A stretch of 64,000 bases of DNA from Octopus sinensis (Eukaryota), in the NCBI RefSeq assembly GCF_006345805.1, contig NC_042998.1, forward strand, positions 76,446,001 to 76,510,000. The letters are read 5' to 3'. Shown here piece after piece: positions 1-10,980 of this stretch. Position numbers and translations under genes: made by a program. The notes under the pieces were generated by a model that saw only the letters and a list, made by a program, of their open reading frames with translations, had not been told where the DNA came from and searched no databases. The first letter of the stretch is position 1, and each line of letters opens with the position of its first letter.

Positions 1-330
1 CTTCCTGTTGCTGCAGCATAGCTGACGGCTGGTTGAGTCTCCATTACTTCGTTGCTTCATACATGTTACAAATGACAAGAAAATTTTCAGAAAAATATAT
101 TCGTAAAAATCACAGTTCACTATAAAATTAACAGAAAATTTTCCACTCCGCAGGGTGAAAATTACTGTTTATCAAAGGACAACAGTTCGATTTGAATTAA
201 ATATTTCACTTCAAAATAACATACATTTACAATAAAGAGAACAGGAAACGAACTCACATGCCGCAGGCAAAAAAACTGAAAACCACAACGTTTCTCAGAC
301 GAAAAAGGCGTGGCCTTGCTAGCTTGTTTT
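1..330 (-). mobile_element. 5' UTR and ORF1 start of a Tx1-like LINE continuing left of the window
   Basis: 67-190 aligns by eye with the 5' UTR at 4311-4440; the minus-strand ATG at 44 gives METQPAVSYAAATG (SYAAA motif typical of ORF1 N-termini). Confidence 0.65.
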
Positions 331-3300
331 TTTATGATTATGTAATCATTACATAGATGGAATATTACAGGACGAAACAATTACAAAAAAATGTTAAAAT
401 GAGTTCGAATGAACCTTAAATATTTTAATATAAATTTATATTATTTAATTGACTTCAAAGTATTCTTTTAAAAAAAATAAAATAAAACAAGCTCAGAATA
501 CATTCCCAGCAACCTGTAAGGCCCAGCAACTATCTTTTCTTCCTTCATCGATGATTAAGCTGGGTTACTGACACCCACCTTTCTCATCACATCCTTCCAA
601 CGATTTTCATACTCGCTCTGTGGCAGAGTCTCCAAGCCCATCTTACTTTTCAGATGATACCTGAAGTAGGTTATCAAACCGGGGCCAGAGACGAAGGACT
701 CTGTCACGAAACCTCCCATTCTAGTTTGCCATACTCACTCTTTCAATACTGCAACCATACAGTGAAAACATGCCTCACCTTCCTTTGAGAGTCCAGTTGG
801 CGGTACTATCTTTATTATAAATCCAGCCGACAGCTGTACTCGTCCCAGAACACAACACGTGTTCTACGTAACTTATCAAGCTTGACAGCTCCCGACATTG
901 TATAGAAGCGTGCTGGACGGTTTCATCGTCCAGCCCGTATCTTGGACATGGCACCGGCACTGACATTCCGTGCCTAGGTAACTTATCGCGAACAGGTAAA
1001 GCGTTCCTGTAGCACTGCTAGGTCAGGGATTTTTGGTAATTATCCAAGTACCTTGGCCTGAAAGTTTTTTTAAACAGGCTGGTAAGTTGGTTCTCATCGA
1101 ACCCCAGAGCCCCTCCTAGGACGTCATCATTTTTAGCCTTTACAAGCCCTCTATAGATCACTGAGGTGGTATTCTCGCTGCCAGCCTTGCTCGTCTTGTG
1201 GATCAGCGTGAGTGCCTGTCGGCACTCCTTCTGCCATACCGTCAGATTATGTCTTTTTATGAAACCGGTTTAAATCTCTCCATAGAGGCCGGCCGCGGGA
1301 AGAATTCCTCTGCTAGCGGACTCCACACCTTATCACCTTCCAGGTGGTGCCAGGGATGTCTCAGCCTCAACGCATGTCTGCGCATCATTAGCCAAGGCAT
1401 TCCTAACCCACCCTTTAACGGTTCCTGGTAGCAAACGGAACGCCTTACAAGTGGCTTTCCTCCCTTCCACAAAAAGCGGAAAAGGAGTCGTTCTCCTGCA
1501 ACGAATCAGGGCAGGGGAAAACGGTCAGGTGGTAAGTGATTACAGATGCAATAAATACCTGTACCACCTCTGTCCTTCCTTTCAAGGACAGAGCTATTCC
1601 GGACCAAGTCTGTACTAGGCCTCTACATTGTCTGCCACCTCGTTCCAATTCTTCTCCGTCTGAGAGTCTGGGCCAAACAAAACTCCAAGCAACTTAACTG
1701 GACCATCAGTCCAGTAACCCACGACACAGGACGATGTCAACTTTCTCCTCCAGGTGCCGAGGCGCAAGCCGATCGACTTGTCCTTGTTAACTTTTGTCCC
1801 CTGCCACCACCTCGTATCCTCTGATAGCATCTTCTACACAAGGTAGCTGTGCTTCGTTGGACACGATGAAGGTGACGTCATTTGTATAAGCAGAAACAGA
1901 TTTACCGCATCCAATTTCATTAGGGTTGCTTCCCAAACTCTTCAACTTCCGCGGCAATGGCTCAAGAGCCAACACTTACAGAAGCGGAGACAAAGGATAC
2001 CCTTGACGAACTGAATTCTTGATCGAAACGGCTGTACATAGCAGAGATCTACCCGCGAAAGACTGGGCCCAGCCCAGCTACTTCAAGGATCGCTGCCAGG
2101 TACTTATGGTCTACCCTATTAAACGCTTTACTTTGGTCTAAATGAACCATTGCCTCACCATTGCCTCACCATTGCCGGATAATTTACCAACCCTGTCTAA
2201 GGTGTAGCGGATAAGGTGAAAATTATCCTGGATCGACCTGCCTGGGATTGCACATGTCTGTGCCTTCTCTACATGCTTCTTCACGACAGCCGTCAACCTT
2301 TTCGTTAACACCTTGGCCCAAATCTTTAAGTCTACATTAAGTAAAGTTATGGGCCTGTAATTGCTAATACTATCCCCTTTGCTCGGGTCTTTCTGGACCA
2401 GCGTCACCACTCTGCGGGTCACAGAACTGGGAATCCTCCCGTTCTGTTACCAGTTTGTATAGACACCCGCCAGTATATCTCCGAACAAGTCCGGGGATAT
2501 ACTGGCGGGCGTCTATACAAACTGGCAACAGAACGGGAGGATTCCCAGTTCTGTGAGCCGCAGAGTGGTGACGCTGGTCCAGAAAGACCCGAGCAAGGGG
2601 GATAGTATTAGCAATTACAGGTCCATAACTCTACTTAAGTTGAGACAACACTATCCACTTGCGCATCGAGGATAGTGTTAAAGTCCCCTACTAGAACTAC
2701 CATTTTTGACGTCAATAGAAAGTGCTCCAGGTCTCGAAAAAAACCCGACTGCCCATGCTCGTTAGGAGCGTAGACAGCTACCAACCTGAAGGACTGTTTA
2801 CTCACGTGGGTCACATCCAGGACGACCAGCCTACTTTCTGGGTCCAGAAAGACACTACTTACAGTTGAGAAAGGGAGCATGGCAGTTTATGTTTGCCTGC
2901 TTCCTCGATACTCTCCTTGGTAACCGTAGCTGCTGGGCTTTTCACCGGCGTTGCCACCGGGCTCTGGGTTGGTATGGCTGCCGGGCTAATAATTAGTTTA
3001 CCCGCTATCACTTCTTGGGTAACGTCTTTTATGACATTGTTCTTTAAATGTTCCTGAAGAAGGTTTTCCTTCCATTCTTCCTCTCCAACCTTCACGAAGC
3101 GAACGTCAGACTTATTGTTTGCCGTTTTGCTTAAAAGTTTTATTTTTGAGTGTACTTTTATGTAACGAAAAACTTTTTCGTTTTTCTCATCAAAAGCGAT
3201 GATTTTATCGTTTTTTAAAATATTTTGTTTTGTTTTGCGGGGTGGGGTTTGGCGAACTGTGTTCCAATGAACGTAGTGCCAACGGGGTGCGACTGGAGAG

Positions 3301-4545
3301 TTTTTTGTGTTGTTCGTCTGTAGATATTTTTTGTTTGGGGTGGGGAGTCTAAGGTGTTTGTTTTCTTCCTTTTGGGAGTTTCAACTTGGTAAACTCAATT
3401 TCTCCTGTCTCCTCTTGTGTATTGTCTTTATTTTTTTTTTTTCACTTTTTTCTTTTGCTAGAATTTTTCCAGTTTTCCCCTCCTCTTTCTCTGTGTTTTG
3501 AGGAGGGGCTTCGTTTCCTTTATTTTCTTTGCGCAATTAGAGCGGACGTAGCCCTTCTCTACGCATTTAAAACATCTGGGCCTACGTCCCTCCATTGCTA
3601 CACGCATAGATAGCCCCTCCTCTACGAACACTCTATCGTGTAAATTCTCCAATATAGTGTTTTCCGTTTGTACTACCATTTCAAATGTTTGTACCTTCCA
3701 ATTCACAGCTTCCTTTTTCCTCATCTGTAGAATTGATAGTTTTTCTTCTACGTCGTATAAGACAGCTGTTGCTACCCACATTACTTCATATCCTATTGAG
3801 ATATCTTCAACTATGACTTTCGCAGTTCTGCGTCCCAAGTAAGTGGGTAGCAGCATTATTTCGTTGTTCTTTAGAGTCTGTGTAGATATTTCTTTTGCTA
3901 CGATAGCTGAGTCAAAATGTGCCTCAATTGTAGCACTTCTAGTGCCTCGGCTAACGTAGCATATCTTGTTCCATATCAGAGATAAACACTTTTCAACAAC
4001 CTTATTTTTAGCGTCCATAATCCCTTTCTCTTTGATATTATATATTTTATACAGAGCGGTTTTGGTGTTAATCGCCTGTATTGTTTCTTGTGGCGGCAAT
4101 AACTTCGTCCCACTTTTCTTTATCAAGTTTCTAAACTTGAACAATTTATCCATTGTTACCTCTAGTTCGGTTACAGTTCCTTCCACTGCGGCCGAAAAAA
4201 ACTGCTTTTCCTTGTTTTTCAGTTGGTTAAACGTAATATTACCTTTTCCCATCTCGGGAAAGTCTTTTTTTACAAGTCAAACTCCATTGTTAACTTTACA
4301 CAATACTTCTCACAAAAGACAAGAAAATTTTCAAAAAATAATTACCCACAAAAAGGTGAATAATTAGTTCACAGTAGAATAACAGAATTTTCTGCCCCGT
4401 AGGGCGAAAATTACTGTTTGTCGAATGACAGCAGTTCAAAACTTAGTTAAGTTCTACAAACAACAATAAACAGAATACAAAAAGAAAAGTTTTGCGTCGG
4501 TAGCCGGGGGTAGAACCTGGCTGCTTTCGACGAACAAGTCTGATT
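330..4545 (-). mobile_element. Degenerate, internally deleted Tx1-like (L1 group) LINE, element A
   Basis: ORF1 3458-4252 with knuckle CFKCVEKGYVRSNC; APE fragment 2635-2880 (AVYAPN, LVGDFN); RT fragments (YRPITLLNVDLKI, CAIPGRSI, SAYTNDVT); C-terminal CPRYG..ETVQH; short A-run near 326-333. Confidence 0.9.
3458..4252 (-). pseudogene. Tx1-like ORF1 (gag-like, degenerate CCHC knuckle)
   Basis: 264-aa ORF ending GRRPRCFKCVEKGYVRSNC; homologous to the ORF1 pieces at 4563-5170 and 11950-12440. Confidence 0.8.
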
Positions 4546-4549
4546 TCAA

Positions 4550-7340
4550 GAAATACAGTGAAATGATACAAATAAACAATAATGTGGTTAAAATACAACC
4601 ACTGGAAAAATTATTTTTAGAAGAAAAGCAGAAAATAATAATTTTCAAAACATACTGTTTAAAAGAAAGAAAAATTGAGAAAATTACAGAAGAGAAGATA
4701 GAGAAGTGCCTGAAGCCAATATGGAGCGACGTGGTTTATCTGACAAGAGGCAGGAAATTCGAAACGGTAGAAGTAGGGTTTACCAACAAAGAAATAGCAC
4801 AAAGACATTCAGTAGAAACGCTTGAGACGGACGACATGGCGCTCATCCCCACCTATATGGGATGAGAACGTCCAGAATTAAAATCACAAGGGTCCCACCG
4901 GAAGTGGATCCTATGTGGTTGTTGGCGGCAGTCCTAATCAACCAGGAGGAGAAAATTACTCCCCTCCAGGCTGCTGTCACCGAAAAAGCTAATTGGACTG
5001 GTCAAACAGCCAATCTCCTCATTCAGGTGGAACCTAAAACAATTGAAGCGATTCCCGAGAAAACTGAAATAGGGGAGGAGGCCTTCATAGTGTTTGTTGA
5101 GGGTCGAAAACCCCGATGATTTTTGTGTGGCCAATTAGGCCACATTCGAAAGAATTGCAAGGAAGGAGAGGAAGAGGAGAAAGAAGAAAAAAAGAGGAAA
5201 AAGAGGAAAAATAAAAAGAAGAGAAGAAAACAACAAACAAAAGGCGACTTCTACAGAACAACGACCAAAAAGACTGCCAGAAGAGAAAAAGAGGAAAAAG
5301 GCATAATATCCGTATATACTAAAGAGTTGATGAGAGTCATTCAACTGTTAAAGACTGCAAAAAAAAAAAAATTGATAACATTTCGGAGAAATTTACCAAC
5401 TATGATGTGTATGAAGTTCCAAATAAGACTCATAGAATTTTGCTGAACAAATATCGTAAGGCAATATCTACAATGAGTATGGACTTTAATAATTCTATAT
5501 CTAATGGATTACCGGTCCCGATCCCGCGAGAGGATGAAATGGTAAAGGTGGTCCACAAAGTGAATATTTTTGGTGACCTTAGAGAAATTTGTAGCCACGT
5601 CGCATTTTTTAGTTCTGTTAGGAGTCTCCCCCTCCACCTGATAATCCAAATTAAAAAAGGTAAGACAACTTTATGGCTATTCACATTGGTTGTTTGAATG
5701 AAGGTGGCCTGATGTCGAGCTGGAAGCAAGGACGCTTCCTAAATGACATCAGGTCGCGGGATTTAGATGTAGTTGTTGCTACAGAAACCTGGTTGAGAGG
5801 GCCAAGAGATCTGCTCCCCCACTGAACGGCTACGAGAAATACATTTCTTCGTGTCGGTCGGGAGGTAGGAGTGAGATGTTGGTCCTATTAAAAAGAAACC
5901 GGATCTCTGCGAAAAAGTTGATTTTTTTCTGATCCAGAAGGTAGGCTGGTCGTTCTGGACTTGACTTTCAGTTGCGGCAAGACAGTCTGGCTGGTTGCAG
6001 TTTATGCACCAAATCTTAGTGGTCCACAAAGTGAATATTTTCGTGACCTTAGGGAAATTTCTAGCCACGTCGCAGTCTTTAGTTCTGTTAGGAGACTTTA
6101 ACACAATCTACGATGCGCGCGTAGGTTGTGTTGGCTCGAGACCGGATAGGACATGTAACGCTAGCTTTCGGGATCTGCTAAGCTATTTCCAGCTAGCAGA
6201 CCCATATAGGTTGGAACACCCGGACGCCTCATCATTGTGGGCATGGTCAAACAGTGACGGGTCATCTCGATCATATTTAGATGGGATTTTGATTAGAAAG
6301 GTAGATAAAAGTATAGTTAAGTGTCCATAGTTTTATCCTGTCCGCTACAGTGACCACAAGATAGTTACCTGTAAGATGAACGTAGATAAGATGCATAGAC
6401 AGGGATCTGGATACTGGAAACTCAATACGTCCCTTTTGGCGATTGAGGAGTACAGGAAGCGGATTAAGCAGTTAATTCAGAGGGCGTTAACAGGTACCAT
6501 CATTAATAACAAATGGTGGTACGCCCTAAAACGAGCCATAAAACATGAGTCTATTAAATATAGCATAGGTCTAGTTAAAAGGGATCGTAGGAAAGGAAAT
6601 GGTCTAGTTAAGAATTTAGAGGAAGCCATGAGGACTGGCAATGCGGACCAAGTGAAGGTGAAGAGACTGGAATTGAACCAGCACCTCGAAGTCCAGCACA
6701 TGGGATGCATTGTCAGAGCTAAAATGTGTGCAATAGGTGTGAAGGAATCCAGGCCGCTGGATGGGCCCGAGCGGTGGAAGCTCAACGTGGAAATGACTCC
6801 ACTATTCGGTCTATGAGGAATCATCGAGGTGTATTGGTAAACGAAACCAAGGAAATGTGTGAGGCTTTTCAGGAGTACTTCGCCCGGCTGTTCGGGGTGG
6901 CGGCGAGCCGGATAATAGGGCAAACATCGAGGGCTTCCTTGCTGGGATGCCGCCCCTCTCGGGGCCGGATGCGGAGTCTGGTGAAGGGCCGATCACGCTT
7001 GAGGAGGTGATTGAAGCTATGGCGGACTGTGGCGTAGGTAGGTCGCCGGGACTGGATGGTTTTCCTTACGAGCTGTATAAGTGATTGCCAGACTTGTTCG
7101 GGCACCTGCTGGCGAATGTGTACGCGAACTGGCAACAGAATGGGTTTATCCCCAGATCTGTACACCGGGGAGTGGTGACACTGGTCAGAAAGGACCCGAA
7201 CAAGGGGGATTGTTTAGATAATTTCAGGCCCATCAATCTGTTAAATGCAGACGTGAAGATTTTGGCCAAGGTATTAGCAAAAAGGTTGGCGCGTGTCGCG
7301 GATGATTTGGAGGGGGAGCACAGACACGTGCCATTCCTGG
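4550..7340 (+). mobile_element. Tx1-like LINE fragment, element B (ORF1, APE, N-half of RT), truncated at both ends
   Basis: ORF1 pieces with GRKPR*FLCGQLGHIRKNC; APE motifs LLGDFN, SRSYLD, SDHK, GYWKLN; RT SPGLDG and NFRPINLLNADVKILAK; breaks at the CAIPGR motif near 7340. Confidence 0.9.
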
Positions 7341-7344
7341 TAGA

Positions 7345-7965
7345 ACCGGGACTTCCTTCTCTCTCTTTTCTTGGGTTTCGCCTCCACAAAATTCCCGCCA
7401 TGTTCTGTTTTCTATTTCTGCTTTTTTTTCTACCATTGTATCTTCCTGCACACTCTCCTCTACCATTTCCACTGCTAGGGAATTTCCTTCTCAAGTGTCC
7501 TCTTTCACCACATCCTTAACACTTTGGGGGTCTCCTCTCCAACATTATTTCCAGCTTTTCTTCACTTGGAAGTTCCAAAGTTTCTGGCATTTCATCGTAA
7601 TATTTCCGGCTTACTGCACAGATTATCTCTATACCATAATCCCATTATTTCACTTGTCGAGTTCGGCTTATCATTCCAATCCTCAGGTCTTCGCTTTTAT
7701 TCCTCAGCTCTGAATAAAAAATTGCGGCCATTACACATTCTGGATCTATCGACGGTGGGATTCTTCGCGCCCTCACCCTGACGATTCTTTTGCCTAAACA
7801 GTTTGGCATCAACGTCCATTTTTCTCCCTGTATCAGCCTGTTGTCGGTTTTTTCGCCTCCTCTTCTGATACAAAGGTTACTACTATAGTCGCATATTTCC
7901 TTCTTCTTGTAAAGAAGTTATCCTTTCTTCTATTTGTTTCTTCAAGATTTCTTCTATCTCTTCCT
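7345..7965 (-). mobile_element. ORF1 fragment of a further Tx1-like family
   Basis: Minus strand reads RRKYATIVVTF (cf. RGRKFETVEVGF) and a knuckle remnant PKC*GCGERGHLRRKF followed by a charged tail. Confidence 0.65.
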
Positions 7966-9250
7966 GCTACCCTCATTTGCACCTCTTGCCGTGAGGTAGG
8001 TTCATCTGGGACTCTCGAGAGAAAGATGTCCAGCTTTGATTTAAAAACGCCTACATCTACTTTTTGTAAGTTCCTCAGGCTCTTTGGGAGAATATTAAAA
8101 AGCTGTGGGCCTTTGAAACCCAGGCTATTGCAGCAACTGGTCCTGAAGCGCGATGGCATTGCTGGGATCTTTGGCACTATGCAGTGTCGACCCGTTCTGC
8201 CATTGGTGTAGCTGTCAATGCCAAAATTTGACATAATTCCTTCCAGGATCTTCCAGATGTATATTAATGCATAGCTCTCCCGCTTTCGCTCCAGGGTGTA
8301 GAGTCTTAGCTGTTTCTGCTTTTCCCAGTAGCTGAGCAGTTGCATTGAGACGATATTCTTTGTGAATCTTCGCTGGAATACTTCAAGGTCCGCTGTTAAT
8401 TTTACACTCTTGGGTTATCATAGCTGGGAGCAGTAATCCTGGCGGCTGAGGACGTCATGGTTTCCTTATCTCTGGTTCTGAATGTTCTTAGGATCCATCC
8501 AGCCAGTCGTCTGCACTTTGCCGCCATCTTGGCAATGTGCACTTGGAAAGAGGAACCATCACTCATTTCGATATCCAGGTCCCTCACAGACTTAGGCTCT
8601 GTGATTGAAATTCCCTGTGAACCAGTGTATCCTGTAAGTTTCATATTCAGTTTTGGACGCTGGTAGCGCAGGTCTTGGAATTTTTCAGCATTAAACCGCA
8701 TATTATTATTCTCAGCCCATCTGTAGATTGATTTCAATTCCCGCTGCAGATGTGCAAGTTCGCTGGGGTTCTGTATTTTCTGCGAGACTTTCGTATCGTC
8801 TGCGTAGCTAGCAAGGATGGCTATCCGGGCAATTGAGGGAATACCTGAGGGGGCCACTATGAAATGCATTGGTCCCAAGACAATGCTCTGTGGATCACCG
8901 GTCACTATTTGTGTTTTCATTGAGGTGACTCCATTGGCCACTACTGCCTGACTTCTATTTTTCAGGAACTCATATAACCACTCTCCAAGTTTTCCAGCTA
9001 TGCCGTGATCGAGCAGTTTGTGGCATATCATACCATGATCCGCTTTGTCAAAAGCTTTTGCAAAATTAAGGTAGATTACGTCCACATTTGATTTGTTGAG
9101 TAACTGCCTCAACACCCAGTCATAATGTTTTAAGAGCTGAGTCAGACAGCTCCTACCTGGTCGGAAGTCATGCAGGATACCACTCAGCAAATTATTTTCC
9201 TCAAGGAATGTGATTAGTTTCCATCTGTCTATCCGTTCCATGACTTTGCT
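7966..9250 (-). mobile_element. CR1-group LINE RT fragment, related to 17513-22982
   Basis: ORF 8402-9241 with FRPGRSCLTQLL, NFAKAFDK, YADD; C-terminal LYTLERKRE..LGFKGPQLFN matches the long copy. Confidence 0.9.
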
Positions 9251-9268
9251 ATAATATATATATATATA

Positions 9269-10792
9269 TAGCCTTGGCCAAAAGTATTAGGCTACCCCAA
9301 TGTTTTGGGATTCTGCTGTCTCAATATTAATGAAACTCGTGCACATGGTAGATTATGGTATATTTCACAATATACATTAGTTTTAATATTTGGTTGATCC
9401 TCCTTAAGCATCAGTTACTGCTTTTATACGGTTAGGCATCTAATCAACCGGGTGGTAGGCGCAATTTTACGCCATTCTTCTCTCAACCTTTGGTAAAACT
9501 GTTCTTTGTTTTTAATTTTTGCATTCCTGATAGCTTCATCAAGATTTCCCCATATGTGTTGGATTGGATTTAGATCGAGACTTTGAGCCGGCCTGTCCAT
9601 AGGAATAATACCCTGAATCTCTAACCATGGACGAGTATTCTTTGCTGTATGATATTGAGCGTAGTCCTGTTGAAAATAACACTGCTTTTCGACACTTCTG
9701 GATGCAATTTAGCAATTGATGGCTCTAAAACATCCGATAACATAGAAACATAGGTAGCTGAATTCATCCTTCCCTGACATAAAAATATTTCTCCGGGTCA
9801 TGTGGCATATATGCAGGTACACACCATGATAGAACCACCCCAATGTTCTGCGGTTGGTACCAGACATTCAACCTTAAATGCTTCCCCAACTCTGCGACGC
9901 ACGGAAGTTGCACCCGATGTACCGGAAACCTGAGTAAAAACATGAAAAATATTAGATTTATGTTGGATACTTTTTTTAATATATTTTGGGCAAGAAACCA
10001 TTTACATTAAGTTTATATGTTGATTGAATACATGTACTATCTCACCTCATAGTTACTTTGATCAGACCATATGACTTTCGACCATTACTCACTGGTCCAA
10101 TTTGAGTGGTTTTTGGCCCACTGAAGACGTTTTTCTATATTCGCTTCAGAAACCCATGACTTCTTTTTGGCTTTCCAGCTTTCCAGACCGTACTCTACAA
10201 GTCTTCTTCTAACAGTTCTCGTTGATATTTGTGAAGTACTTGCCTCGTTGAAGTCCACACAGAGCTCTGACGATGTTTTCTCCTGTTTCTGAGCGACTGA
10301 CGGATGATGGATCTATCATCTCGAGGTGATGTAACCTTTTTATTATACCTGTTCTTTGTATTGTCTTTGCCTCTTTTGTCTGTCTGAAGCGCTTGAGAGT
10401 CGTTTGCCACGCACATCGACATTTCATCTTCTGGGCAATTTGTCTTTGAGATATTCCATCCTCATGATGAACTACGATTTGACCTCGTTCACATTCACTC
10501 AACTCCCTTGCTTTTGACATTTTACTGTTTATTAACTATATCGACAACGTATTTTAGCATAAAACTCTGAAATAATCAAGGAAATTTTGGACATTGGTCT
10601 TACTCATAATTGGTTGCATATGTCCAGTACAGCATAAAAGTGGTAACTGATGCTAAAAGAGGGTCAACCAGATATTAAAACTAATGTATATTGTGAAATA
10701 TACCTTAATCTATCGCGTGCCCAAGTTTCATTAGCATTGAGACAGCAGAACCCCCAAACATTGGAGTGGTCTGATACTTTTGGCCTAGGCTG
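9269..10792 (-). mobile_element. Tc1-like DNA transposon with ~160-bp TIRs and a degenerate, intron-containing transposase
   Basis: 9269-9430 is the reverse complement of 10635-10792; flanked by TA; ORF starts MSKARELSECERGQIV; motifs WSDQSNYE, GGSIMV, FQQDYA, QSLDLNPIQHIW, MPNRIKAV. Confidence 0.9.
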
Positions 10793-10796
10793 TTAT

Positions 10797-10979
<183 letters not shown>

Positions 10980-10980
10980 A

